Positions 51,218 through 64,000 of a stretch of 64,000 bases of DNA are shown here, in pieces (within the stretch, counting starts at the first letter, position 1; each line of letters starts with the position of its first letter). The translations under genes and the position numbers were made by a program. The DNA is from Eledone cirrhosa (lineage: Eukaryota): positions 20,832,001 to 20,896,000 of the forward strand of contig OZ024743.1 in the NCBI GenBank assembly GCA_964016885.1, written 5' to 3'. The notes below the pieces were generated by a model. That model was not told the DNA's origin. It did not search any database and worked only from the letters and a program-made list of their open reading frames with translations.

Positions 51218-54200
51218 ATCATCATCATCATCTTCATCATCCTTTAACGTCCATGTTCCACGCTTGCATGGGTTTGGACGGGAGTTTTCCCACTGTCTGG
51301 CGGGTTTTCTACAGTTGGATGCCCTTCCTAACACCAACCACATTTACAGTGTGGTGCTGGGACGTTTTTACCGTGTTGCCTACACGGCCACATTACAGCG
51401 TGGACTGTCTGGCGGGTTTTCTACAGCTGGATGCCCTTCCTAACACCAACCACATTTACAGTGTGGGACTGGGAGGTTTTTACCGTGTTGCCTACACGGT
51501 CATATTACAGCGTGGACTGTGTGTTTTTTTGTCGTGACACCTACACGATCTCATTTGTTTCGGCCTGGATTTTGTGGCACCAACATAACTTTACATTGAA
51601 AGGGGTGGTGTGGATGGGGGGGGGGGGGTATTTTGTTAGAGATGCCTACTGACTGTAGTAGGTTTTACTTTGTATTTAGGTAAGGCGGGTCTTCTCTATT
51701 ACTGAGTACTGCCAAAGGTCTCAGTCCAGTGACATTGTCTTGGAGAGGTGTAAGTGTGTGAGGTCGGAATTTATCAGCTCGTCCCAGGTTTTTCTGGGTC
51801 TGCCTACTCCGTGGCTACCGTCTATCTTTATTGCCCTACACTTTGCTATACAGCTGTCGTCTTTCATACGCATCACGTGACCATACCAACGTAGCCTTCT
51901 CTCGAGTAAACAACATCTGATCCCTCTTATTTCTAATTTTTTCCTTAGTTCGTTTATGCTTTGCCGTTCGCGTATATTACTATTACACATCCAGCGGAGC
52001 ATGCAAGCTTCATTCCTCTCTAGTCTGCGTATATCCTCTGCACACAATGCCCAGGTCTCACTGCCATGCAACATTGCTGTTCGTATGCAGGCATCATACA
52101 ACCTGCCTTTCATTTTTAGGGAGAACCCTTTAGCGGCTAATAGTGGTATAAGCTCTCTGAACTTTTTCCATCCAGTTCTGACTCTAGCTACTGTACTTTC
52201 AGAGCACCCTCCCCCAATGCTGATTTTTTCACCCAGGTAACGGAAGCTGTCCACTATTTCTATAGAACCCTCTGCGCAGTTGAAAGAGCTAGTATTTTGT
52301 GGGCACTTGCTGCTACTTATTGCACCAGAGCACCGGCCACATGTAAAATCTGTGTTCTTAGTTAGCTTACCTGTGATCCCACATCTTTTATGCACCCATA
52401 CTTTGCATTTGGGACATAAAATGGAGTTTCTACCTACGCCTTTCCTACACACTGAGCATGGCCATTTCCCGGAAGGGACCGGCGCCTTATTTTCTTTCCT
52501 ACAAACAAAAACTTTAGTCTTAGCCAGGTTAATTTTAAGGCCTTTTGATTCTAGGTCGTGCTTCCATGTTTGGAATTTCTTCTCTAGCTTGGCCATTGAT
52601 TCAGCTATGAGCGTTAGGTCATCTGCGTATAGGAGTTCCCATGGGCAGCCGGTCTTGAACTCCTCTGTTATAACCTGAAGAGCAATAATAAGTAGTAGGG
52701 GGCTAAGAACAGAGCCCTGATGGACACCAACTTTTACGCTAAACTCTTCACTATATTCGTTATTAATTCTAACCTTGCACACTGTTTCTTTATACATGGC
52801 TTGTATAGCTCTCACAAGCCATTCGTCAACACCTTGTTTTCTAAGAGCCCACCAGATGATGGAACGGGGGACTCTGTCGAAGGCTTTCTCCAAGTCAACA
52901 AAAGCTAAGTATAGGGGTTTACTTTTAGCTAGGTACTTCTCCTGTAGTTGTCGTACAATGAATAAGCGTCTGTGGTACTTTTGCCTGACACAAACCTGAA
53001 CTGCATTTCATCTAGATCGATTCTCTCTCTGATTAGTTGCACTATTACTTTTTCCGTGACTTTCATGACCTGCTCGATTAATTTAATGTCTCTATAGTTA
53101 CTCCTATCTAGGGCGTCTCCTTTACCCTTGTAACAGTTAATGATGATGCTGCTACGCCAGTCCTTCGGAACAACCCCATTCTGTATGACTTGGTTTACTA
53201 TCCGGGTGACCATGGTGTGTCCCACCGTTCCAGAGGCCTTCAGTATCTCAGCAACTATTTCCGAAGGCCCAGCAGCCTTACCCGTCTTCATATCTTTGAT
53301 TGCCTTACTTATTATACTACCTTCAACTAACACTGCTGGTCCCTCTATTGGATCGATCTGGGGGAGACTATCCTTCTCCCATTTATTCTCCTCATTTAGT
53401 AGCCTCTCGTAGTGACACTTCCAAGCGACCTTCTTATCAGCGTCAGTGATGGCGAGTACGCCATCATCATTTAGTACACACTTCTCCCCAACAATATCAC
53501 GGTTTTCCTTGACACATTGCCTAGCAATCCTGAACACCTCACGTTTTTGGTCCTCGCGTTGTAGAACATGCTTGAACTTTCTTTCCTCTGCTTCCCTTCT
53601 TGCGAAGTACACTTGTCTCCTAGCTTCCCTCCTGGCCACTTGATAGTCTTCTCTACTTCCCCCATCCCGCCATACTTTCCAAGCCTGCTTTTTGGCTATG
53701 AGGTCGCTAATTATCAGTCTATGTTGGGAGGTGCATTCTTCATGGGGGAGGGATTTAGTGTTTACAACAGTCACTCTGTCACGTCTTCTGGTAAGGATAT
53801 AATCTACCTGGCTGGTATGTTCCCCTGATCTGTAGGTGATCAAGTGATTGTCTCGTTTTTTGAAGTTAGTGTTACAGATTGTTAGGTTATTTGCATCACA
53901 GAATTCCAGGATTCTGGAGCCTTCCTCATTTCTAGTACCAAACCCATAGCCTCCATGGATTTCTTCATAGCCGTCACAATGTTGTCCAACGTGACCATTT
54001 AGGTCGCCAGCAATAATTATATAGTCACTGTCGGTTATTTGGGAGGTAGTGAGCATCAGTGTCTCATAGAAAGTGTTTTTTATAGCGCCAGGCAGTCCGG
54101 ATTGGGGCGCGTACGCAGATATTATCGTCACAGTAGTTCTATTTAGAACAAGTCTTGTTTTAATTATTCTGTCGTTCACTCTATTTACGTCTATTATCTT

Positions 54201-54417
54201 ATCCACCCATTTTTCTGCTAACATGATTCCTAACCCACTCAGCCCATTGTCATTTCCCACCCAGAAAAGCTTATAGCATCGTTTTTTACCCACAATGAAT
54301 CTAGCAGACCCGCCCCTCCACCTGGTCTCTTGGATGCAGCAGACATCAACCTCCTTATGTTCAAGCATTTCTACAACCTCGTTTGAGCGGCCTTTTAAGG
54401 TCACTACATTCATGGTA
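51218..54417 (-). mobile_element. RTE family A, 5'-truncated, with an in-frame internal deletion and frameshifts
   Basis: ORFs 52929-54413 and 51721-52893; ISDLI joined to AKKQAW at ~53697. Confidence 0.95.
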
Positions 54418-54629
54418 CATATATATATATATATATTATATATTATATATATATTATATATATATATATTATATATATTATATATATATATATTATATAT
54501 ATATTATATATATGTTATATATATATATATATTATATATATATATATATTATATATATATTATATATATTATATATATATATATATTATATATATATTAT
54601 ATATATATATATATTATATATATTATATA

Positions 54630-54697
<68 letters not shown>

Positions 54698-54778
54698 TTA
54701 TATATTATATATATATATTATATATATATTATATATATTATATATATATTATGTATATTATATATATATATATATATT
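54418..54778. repeat. (TA)n tract
   Basis: Seen directly. Confidence 0.95.
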
Positions 54779-54780
54779 AT

Positions 54781-55864
54781 CATCATCATCATCATCATCA
54801 CCGTTTTACGTCCGTTCTTCCACGCTAGCATGGGTTAGACGGGTTGTCCTGTTGTGGGCAGTGTCTGGTCGGCTGACCATGCCTTGCTCATACAGGAACT
54901 GATCTGGCTTGATTTCTACAGCTGGATGCCCTTCCTAACACCAACCTCATTTACAGTGAGTGCTGGGTGCTTTTTCGTGGCGCCTACACGTCCACTTTAC
55001 AGTGTGGGCTGGGTGCTTTTTTGCCGTGGCACCTCCACGACCACCTTGCGGTGGGGGGGGGGGGGGGCATATTGTTTATATGCTTCAGCATGTACCCATG
55101 GGAGGTCGGGTACCCTGTATTACTGCGTGACGCCAGAAGTCACGGTCGTGTGTCATTGACTTTGAGAGGTGTAGTTGGGTAAGGTCGGCTTTTATCACCT
55201 CATCCCAAGTCATCTTGGGTCTCCCCACTCCGCGGTTTCCATCAACTTCTAGTGCTCTGCACCTTTTTATGCAGCTGTCATCCTTCATACGCATCACATG
55301 TCCATACCAGCGTAACCGCCTCTCCTGCACGCAGCATTTGATTCCTCTTATGCTCAGTCTCTCTCTCAATTCCTTTATGCTTTGTCGTTCACGTATATTA
55401 CTGTTACACATCCATCGGAGCATGCAGGCTGCGTTTCTCTCTAATCTACGTAAGTCTTCCACCTTCAGCGCCCAGGTCTCACTACCATGCAACATCGCTG
55501 TTCGGATACACGCATCATACAGTCTGCCTTTCATTCTGAGGGAGAAGCCTTTTGCAGCTAGCAGTGGTAGTAGTTCCCTAAACTTCTTCCATCCCGTTCT
55601 TACCCTAGTTATTGTACTTTCTGAGCACCCACCTCCGTTGCTAATTCGGTCACCTAGGTAGCAGAAGCTGTCTACTGTTTCTACAGGGCCCTCCCAGAGA
55701 TTGGTGGTACTTGTTTCCTGTGGCTGTTTGCTTGCTGTTTCAGCACAGCTGCTGCATGTGAATCCTACATTCTTAATTAAGCTTCCTGAGATCCCGCTAC
55801 ATCTCTTGTGTACCCATTGTTTGCATTTGGGGCAGAGAATGGAGTTCCTACCTACACCTTTCCT
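54781..55864 (-). mobile_element. 5'-truncated RTE family B
   Basis: ORF 55085-55534; both ends in (TA)n. Confidence 0.93.
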
Positions 55865-55985
55865 ATTATATATATATTATATATATTATATATATTATAT
55901 ATGTATTATATATATTATATATATATTATATATATTATATATATATTATATATATTATATATATATTATATATATATATATATTA

Positions 55986-56342
55986 TGTGTCCATGTAGGA
56001 GCTCCCAAAGGAGTACTGAGTGCAATGTCAACTCTGGATGTCGGTGAGCATGTCCAGCTAACCTCAGTCTCCTCTGTGTCACTTTTGAGCTGACTTTTGG
56101 GATGCTCCCATACAGCTCTGAGTTTTTCATCCTCGGTGTATACTGATTAATGTTCAGAGCCCCTACATGGACACACTAGAAGAGGAAGACCAAGGTTAAC
56201 GTATGTTGATGCCCTAAGGACAGACACTGGTCTGTTGGAGATGCAGGACATGGCAGCGATAATGAGGGACAGAGACCGCTGGAGAGAACTCATCCATGGA
56301 TCTCGGGAATTTTACCCGCCTTTGATAGATAGATAGATAGAT
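55986..56342 (+). mobile_element. Third RTE-like LINE family, 5'-inverted 3' fragment with a (GATA)n tail
   Basis: + strand EPLHGHTRRGRPRLTYVDAL...MRDRDRWRELI; - strand NSELYGSIPKVSSKVTQRRLRLAGHAHRH...LLWELLHGH. Confidence 0.8.
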
Positions 56343-56426
56343 ATATATTATATATATGTATATATAATATATATACTATATATATATATTATATATATTA
56401 TATATATTATATATATTATATACATA

Positions 56427-56473
<47 letters not shown>

Positions 56474-56729
56474 TATATAAATATATATATATATATATTA
56501 TATATATTATATAAATATATATATATATATATTATATATATTATATAAATATATATATGTATATATTATATATATATATATTATATAAATATATATATAT
56601 TATATATATATATATATATATATTATATATGTATATATATATTATATATATATATATATTATATATATATATTATATAAATATATATTATATATATATTT
56701 ATATATATATTATATATATATATATTTAT

Positions 56730-56760
<31 letters not shown>

Positions 56761-56960
56761 ATTATATATATATATATATATTATATATATATATATTATA
56801 TATATATATTATATATATATATATTATATATATATATATTATATATATATATTATATAAATATATATTATATAAATATATATTATATATATATATATCTT
56901 ATATATATATATTATATATATATATTATATATATATATATGTATTATATATCTTATATAT
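56343..56960. repeat. (TA)n tract
   Basis: Seen directly. Confidence 0.95.
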
Positions 56961-56961
56961 A

Positions 56962-57133
56962 CATTATTCCGGGTTGAGTCGGAGGTAACGACAGTAAGTA
57001 AGGTACTCAATACATTGCAGAGTATAAAAGTTTTAATATAAGATGAGATTCTTTAGAAATCATCAGGAATCTCTGATTCCTGATGATTTCTGAAGAATGA
57101 AACAGTTCTAGTCCTGTAGAATCTCATCTATAT
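56962..57133 (-). mobile_element. Fold-back pLTR fragment, same family as 4070-4278
   Basis: Inverted arms around 57071-57074; tail on the left; flanked by TA. Confidence 0.7.
57075..57123 (+). ncRNA. Canonical minimal type I hammerhead
   Basis: gattc CTGATGA tttc-tgaa-gaat GAAACAG ttctagtc CTGTA gaatc. Confidence 0.78.
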
Positions 57134-57219
57134 ATATTATATATATATATATTATATATATATATAATATATATAATATATATATATATAATATATATAT
57201 ATGTATAATATATATATAT

Positions 57220-57364
<145 letters not shown>

Positions 57365-57374
57365 AGATATGTAT

Positions 57375-57405
<31 letters not shown>

Positions 57406-57435
57406 GTTTATATATATATATATATATATATGAAA

Positions 57436-60278
57436 TATATGAAATATAAGAATCAAAGAACTGTTCAAAACATTATTGTGCTTACAGCTGTTTCCTCCAA
57501 ACCGAGGTTTGGATTCTTCGGAGCAATTTATTAATGCATGGACAGTTATATGACCTCCTTTTCAGCCGAGAGACATACCAATACATATTCAAACATTGAT
57601 ACATATTCAAACATTGTGGGTCAACATTCATTACAAAATTTAGAGTGGCAGTACACACTTCGAGATTACATTTATATTAATAGGTACAATCAAAAATCAA
57701 AGATATAGGTTAAAGTACAACATGAAGATAAGTGGTTATATAGTGCAAATGTTATATGTGTGGCACGCATGTGCGTCTTGTTTATATAGTGTGGCAGAGA
57801 GATATGTGTGGTAGAGGCACTTAGGTAGGTAAATAAGAGTGTTAGGTTGGTAGATCTGGTGGCAAAGTCTTTATATGATTGATGTAGTCTGTGTGTGGAG
57901 AAATATTATAAACATTAAAGATAGTGCAAGCATTAAAAGTGTTATAAGTATTGGAGATGCACAACGCAGGGATGTCACGTAATTCATGTACTTCGGCATT
58001 TTCATGGTCAAGGGAGTGTATATTTCGATTATATGCCTTTCACATAATCCACGACAATCCAGTTAGAGATCGTAGTCTGGTGTTCCTTAGTTCGATACAG
58101 GAGGTTGTTACGTTTCGAGAGACGCCATTGAATACCGGAAGTGTGTGTGTGGCTAAGGGGAGTTAATGCATGCGGGGAGGTAACTCTGGGGTTTCTATAT
58201 CTAGCCATTAAAATGTGTCCCAATATGGACCCTAAATTCTATGGTGAGGTGCACCTTCCAAGAGAGACTTTTAAAGCATAAAGTGTACTAACTATAGAGT
58301 AGTTTAACTAAATTATGCTGAAGGAGATCATATTATTATTAAGGTGGATTAACCCATCTTAAGGTGCTACAAATGGAAATTATAGATGATGAGCGAGGAT
58401 TCTAAATTAATGATCTCTGTGGTTGTAGTCTGCTCATATGACCAGGCGCGGTGATTGCAGGATTGCTTCAGGACCCAATGATCTCTGGTAAGATCTGGGT
58501 CATCGCTTGCTACATTGGATGTCGAAAGATAATCGTCCCCAGGCAGGCCAAAGGTCAATCCCCAGTCCTCGCGACCCCTCTCTGACCGTCAGATCATCCA
58601 TATACGTACAACCCGCACGGCAGTTGCATTGCATTCACTCACTGCGCTCAGCAGCCCGGTCCTACTGGTCAACAGCGCTACTCGATTAAATCATTTTACA
58701 TCTGTCTAAGGAAGGTGTTTCCTCTGCCCAACACCATCCAACCGATCGATTCATGCTCAAATTACCCTTAGAGCGGTGTAGTGCCGTCCAGGCGGGTGGA
58801 TGTTGTCACACCTGCCGTAGAGGTATAAATGGGTATTTTCCCTGCGAAGGGTTCCAATGGAACCCTTCGCAGGGAAAATACCCATTTATACCTCTACGGC
58901 AGGTGTGACAACATCCACCCGCCTGGACGGCACTACACCGCTCTAAGGGTAATTTGAGCATGAATCGATCGGTTGGATGGTGTTGGGCAGAGGAAACACC
59001 TTCCTTAGACAGATGTAAAATGATTTAATCGAGTAGCGCTGTTGACCAGTAGGACCGGGCTGCTGAGCGCAGTGAGTGAATGCAATGCAACTGCCGTGCG
59101 GGTTGTACGTATATGGATGATCTGACGGTCAGAGAGGGGTCGCGAGGACTGGGGATTGACCTTTGGCCTGCCTGGGGACGATTATCTTTCGACATCCAAT
59201 GTAGCAAGCGATGACCCAGATCTTACCAGAGATCATTGGGTCCTGAAGCAATCCTGCAATCACCGCGCCTGGTCATATGAGCAGACTACAACCACAGAGA
59301 TCATTAATTTAGAATCCTCGCTCATCATCTATAATTTCCATTTGTAGCACCTTAAGATGGGTTAATCCACCTTAATAATAATATGATCTCCTTCAGCATA
59401 ATTTAGTTAAACTACTCTATAGTTAGTACACTTTATGCTTTAAAAGTCTCTCTTGGAAGGTGCACCTCACCATAGAATTTAGGGTCCATATTGGGACACA
59501 TTTTAATGGCTAGATATAGAAACCCCAGAGTTACCTCCCCGCATGCATTAACTCCCCTTAGCCACACACACACTTCCGGTATTCAATGGCGTCTCTCGAA
59601 ACGTAACAACCTCCTGTATCGAACTAAGGAACACCAGACTACGATCTCTAACTGGATTGTCGTGGATTATGTGAAAGGCATATAATCGAAATATACACTC
59701 CCTTGACCATGAAAATGCCGAAGTACATGAATTACGTGACATCCCTGCGTTGTGCATCTCCAATACTTATAACACTTTTAATGCTTGCACTATCTTTAAT
59801 GTTTATAATATTTCTCCACACACAGACTACATCAATCATATAAAGACTTTGCCACCAGATCTACCAACCTAACACTCTTATTTACCTACCTAAGTGCCTC
59901 TACCACACATATCTCTCTGCCACACTATATAAACAAGACGCACATGCGTGCCACACATATAACATTTGCACTATATAACCACTTATCTTCATGTTGTACT
60001 TTAACCTATATCTTTGATTTTTGATTGTACCTATTAATATAAATGTAATCTCGAAGTGTGTACTGCCACTCTAAATTTTGTAATGAATGTTGACCCACAA
60101 TGTTTGAATATGTATCAATGTTTGAATATGTATTGGTATGTCTCTCGGCTGAAAAGGAGGTCATATAACTGTCCATGCATTAATAAATTGCTCCGAAGAA
60201 TCCAAACCTCGGTTTGGAGGAAACAGCTGTAAGCACAATAATGTTTTGAACAGTTCTTTGATTCTTATATTTCATATA
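57436..60278. repeat. Long palindrome: two 1421 bp arms with a 1 nt spacer at 58857
   Basis: Centre ggttcca-a-tggaacc; four ORF pairs give identical translations at mirrored coordinates (sum 117714); the ends match as reverse complements. Confidence 0.97.
60189..60235 (+). ncRNA. Minimal type I hammerhead, U4C variant; mirror copy at 57479-57525 on -
   Basis: tgct CCGAAGA a-tccaaacc-tc-ggtttgga-g GAAAC agct GTA agca. Confidence 0.62.
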
Positions 60279-60492
60279 ACTGCTCTGTAAATCATCTGAT
60301 GTTTTTACATTGAGCTACTTAACTTACTGGTAATAAGGTAGTAATACATTACTGCCTACCACTATTTAGGGTGTGTGTAAAATACTTACAACTGCTTAAG
60401 GTTTTGTGTTTACATAACCATAAATAGTATAACTAATACTATATATATATATATATATTATATATATATAAGATATGTATTATATATATATT

Positions 60493-60528
<36 letters not shown>

Positions 60529-60660
60529 ATACATATATTATATATATATTATATATATATATTATATATATATATACATATATTATATATATATTATATA
60601 TATATATTAAATATATATATATTATATATATATATATATTATATATATATATATATATTC

Positions 60661-61212
60661 ATCATCATCATCATCATCATCATCATTGTTTAACGTCGGT
60701 GTTCCACGCTTGCATGGGTTTGGACGGGGGTTTTCCCACTTGAGGCAAGAGTGATTGTCTGGCGGGTTTTCTACAGCTGGATGCCCTTCCACACACCAAT
60801 CACATTTACAGTGTGGGGCTGGGAGGTTTTTACCGTGTTGCCTACATATATTATATATATATATATATTATATATCTATATATATATATATTATATATAT
60901 ATATATTATATCATCATCATCAACGTTTAACGTCCGTGTTCCACGCTTGCATGGGTTTGGACGGGGGTATTCCCACTTGAGGCAAGAGTGATTGTCTTGC
61001 TCGCATAGGACTGTCTGGCAGGTTTTCTACAGTTGGATGCCCTTCCTAACACCAACCACATTTACAGTGTGGGTCTGGGAGGTTTTTACCGTGTTGCCTA
61101 CACGGCCACATTACAGCGTGGACTGTGTTTTTTTGTCGTGACACCTACACGATCTCATTTGTTTTGGCCTGGATGGCGTGGGACCAACATAACTTTACAT
61201 AGAAGGGGGTGG
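60661..61212 (-). mobile_element. Two RTE family A 3'UTR fragments (60661-60847, 60910-61212) separated by (TA)n
   Basis: Match 33617-33935; each has a (GAT)n tail. Confidence 0.9.
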
Positions 61213-61255
61213 TATATATATATGTATATTATATATACATATGTATATATATATA

Positions 61256-61668
61256 TCATTCACACACGGTAGTGTGTGAATAATATTCTTACGGTCAACT
61301 TTTGCCCAACGACACCCAATTCTAGGACTTGTCACTAATTCAGTTCTCAACCAAATTCGATCAGGGTTTTTGCACTAGAATGGACTCATCCCAATCTACA
61401 TTTTGGTTTAAGGTATTGAAGTTTGGGTCAGTAGAAAATGAGTTACGCCAAAATATGTGTGGTCAAAGAGTGGAGGATAAGGCCCCTCATTGACTTTGAC
61501 TCATCATAATTTTTTAAATTCCGAATATAATTTCATGCTACCTTTCTCGTTAGATAGAACTCGATAAGCTGAAACAAAATTTGAAAAGATTGGTGATATA
61601 GAAATCGAGTTGTATGACTTTAAGTGACGAAATCAGATGAAGTGTAACGCTAAGGGACATAACTCTAG
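61256..61668 (+). mobile_element. Possible non-autonomous Helitron
   Basis: A|TC start, 5' hairpin attcacacac-ggta-gtgtgtgaat, CTAG|T end; the 3' subterminal hairpin is poor. Confidence 0.35.
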
Positions 61669-61697
61669 TATAAATCTATCGTAGCTGTACTAAGTAG

Positions 61698-63769
61698 TTT
61701 CCCTTATTTATAGTTATTTACAAAAGGCTTGATGAAATTTTTGGAGATCCCCAAAAATTGGCATATCCTTTTGGAAAAATGAATCTTCTTTTGTTTGGTG
61801 ATTTGATGCAATTGCCACCTGTAAATGAAAAACCAGTATTTTCTAGAATTTCATCATATGATGCCAAAAGAACAGAAAATGGCATTAGTGGGCATTCATT
61901 GTGGAAATACTTTCAATATGATGAGCTAACCATTAATATGAGATAAAAAGAAGACAAAGACAACTATGTTGATGTTTTGGGAACAATTAGGATTGGTTCC
62001 CCATCAGACTCTGATATTAGCATTCTTCAAAAAAGATGCCTATTTCCTGATAGAAAAGCACCTGTTGAAGAAATTGCTAAAAAATTGATTGAATTGTATT
62101 CTATTCCTGAATTAAAATTTGTATGCATTTTACCTTTGAATGAAGCTGTTGATGAGTTGAATAATGAAATGATTAAAATATGCAACATAAATGCAGTGAA
62201 ACTTGCTGCAAAAGATTCTGGTATGAGACAAGTAAATGGAAGAAAAAAGAAAAATGTTGAAAAAGGCAAAGACAAGAAAACTTCTGATACTGCTGGACTA
62301 GAAACTTTGCTAAATGTTGGAATTGGAGCAAGAGTAATGTTGTAACGAAACATTGATGTAGATCAAGGCTTATGCAATGGTGTTATTGGAACAGTTATTA
62401 AATTAATTGGGAACGGAAGCAATGTTGACAAAGTTTTGGTGTCTTTTGATACCAAAAAGGACAAACCCATTTCCATTGGAAGAGTTCAAGCAGACTATGA
62501 AATTTCTCCTGGTGTTTTTGTCACCAGAACACAATTTCCATTGTCTCTTGCTTACTCTATAACAATTCACAAATCACAAGGAATTTCTGTGGATGGAATA
62601 ATTGCTGATTTAGGAAATCAGATATTTTCTGATGGTCAAGAGCCAGAAAATTTTGCAATGTGTATCTATGTGACTTTGATCCAAGATCATTGATCATGGT
62701 TGACAAATCTGCATGGGAAGAGTACAACAAACTACGGGATAGTACTGGAAGAGCAGATTTGCCTCCATTGCCACCTTGCAGGAAAAAGCATCCTTGCATG
62801 GCAAATGCTTCTAGCATCCCCAAGAAAAGAACTAAAAGACTTAATTTGGAAGAAAATTCAAACCAACCTGCCAAAAAGAAGAAAAGAAATGAAAACAGCC
62901 AAACTTTAATCACTAAACATCAATTGATCAACCAAAGAAATGCTTGTTTTGCAAATTCAGTTGTGCAATCACTGAATCAATTGCCTGAATTTGTAGAGTA
63001 TTTGCATAATTTTAACAACATGAATGGAGTACATCAAGAATTAAGCAATATCATTTTTAATAATCTTAATAATGTCTCTAACTTAAGAAGAATAATTGGA
63101 GGAAGAATTTATGATGGAAATCAGCAATGTGCTCATGAATTTTGGAAAGAACTCTCTCTACATTTGGACTTGGTATTTAGAGAAAAACTTCAATTTATTC
63201 AAACTGATCATACTAGATGCATCCGATTGCATCAAACAAATTGCCAAGCTCTAAATAACAATGTTTGCAATTGTAATTCAAGACCTGGATGTGGTATAGA
63301 ATCTGAACTTCCATTTCAAATAAAAGAGGATTTGATATTAAATCCTATTAATGGCACACAACAATTTAAATCTCTACTTTCACCAACAAATACTTTGACT
63401 AAATACTGTGATACTTGTTCTGAAAATACTGAGCATCAAATAACTTCAAGAATTGAATTTACTAACGATTTCAAATATCTTGTCATCTCAAGTAGTAGAT
63501 TTTTGATTAATAATGAAGGAGAACAAAGAATTAATTGTGATATTATGAACTTTAGCTAAAAAAAGCAGCAAATATATGGCACAAATTTCACATTAAAAAC
63601 TGCTATTCTTCATGAAGGAGTATCATCTACGGCAGGCCATTATACTTGTCTGGTAAAAAGTGGTGCTGAAAATTGGGATGAAATTAGTGACAACATTACC
63701 AAAAAAAGGCACAAAAAAGTTCCTCCTAAGTTACCTAATGTGGTTGTATTGTTTATGGAAAAAATTTAG
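61698..63769 (+). pseudogene. Helitron/Helentron-like PIF1 helicase C-terminal half fused to a USP (peptidase C19) domain
   Basis: PFGKMNLLLFGDLMQLPPV, LTINMR*, ARVML*RNID..GLCNG, RTQFPLSLAYSITIHKSQG; then LINQRNACFANSVVQSL, QQCAHEF, HEGVSSTAGHYTC, WDEISD; stops at 61944, 62343 and 63557; frameshift/deletion near 62650. Confidence 0.82.
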
Positions 63770-64000
63770 ATTTTGGATTTTGGACTATTGATCTTGGACT
63801 ACCAACTTATAATTAGGACTACTGTTAATTCTGGACTACTTCATTTTGTTTTGGACTCTAATGCTGATTCTGGACTACTTAATTTTATTTTTGACTACTT
63901 GCTGCTTATTTTGGACTAAATGCTGATTTTCGACTACATAATTTTATTTTGGACTAAATGCTAATTCTGGACTACTTAATTTTATTTTGGACTAACTGCT
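63770..64000. repeat. Degenerate minisatellite built on (t)tggacta
   Basis: More than 10 recurrences of tggacta/tgacta directly after the stop codon; runs off the window. Confidence 0.85.

Larger units (their letters stand above)
57436..60440 (+). mobile_element. Putative non-autonomous Penelope-like fold-back insertion (palindrome plus 160 bp tail) in (TA)n
   Basis: Hammerhead near the arm ends, one-sided tail 60279-60440, TA flanks. Confidence 0.62.

Noticed and set aside
28662-55661. Many + strand ORFs overlapping the RTE copies
   Set aside because: They are antisense shadows of the LINE ORF with no independent motifs
57951-59763. Four pairs of identical ORFs as duplicated genes
   Set aside because: They are short, non-ATG starts and a by-product of the palindrome
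61698-62693. Host PIF1 gene
   Set aside because: It has multiple stops, an uninterrupted exon-less structure, a protease fusion and a TE context, which fit a rolling-circle transposon better

Overview
AT-rich, microsatellite-rich animal genomic DNA. A cephalopod/octopus-like source is inferred from the repeat repertoire, not proven. The only host-gene signal is two spliceable + strand exons (11392-11545, 17650-17830) encoding a Venus-flytrap/ANF-receptor ligand-binding domain most similar to Venus Kinase Receptors. The rest is intronic or intergenic and dominated by mobile elements: RTE-clade LINEs (two main families, two near-full-length copies, nearly all on the - strand), CR1/L2-like 3' fragments, two tRNA-derived SINE families, hAT transposase fossils, TTAA-flanked MITEs and a decayed Helitron-like PIF1-helicase/USP-protease fusion at the right end. 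The most striking unannotated signal is at least seven distinct type I hammerhead-ribozyme folds, several with non-canonical cores. Most sit in asymmetric fold-back (palindromic) insertions in (TA)n tracts, consistent with Penelope-like pseudo-LTRs, and the largest is an apparently perfect 2.84 kb palindrome (57436-60278). All calls were made by eye; boundaries are approximate unless stated.
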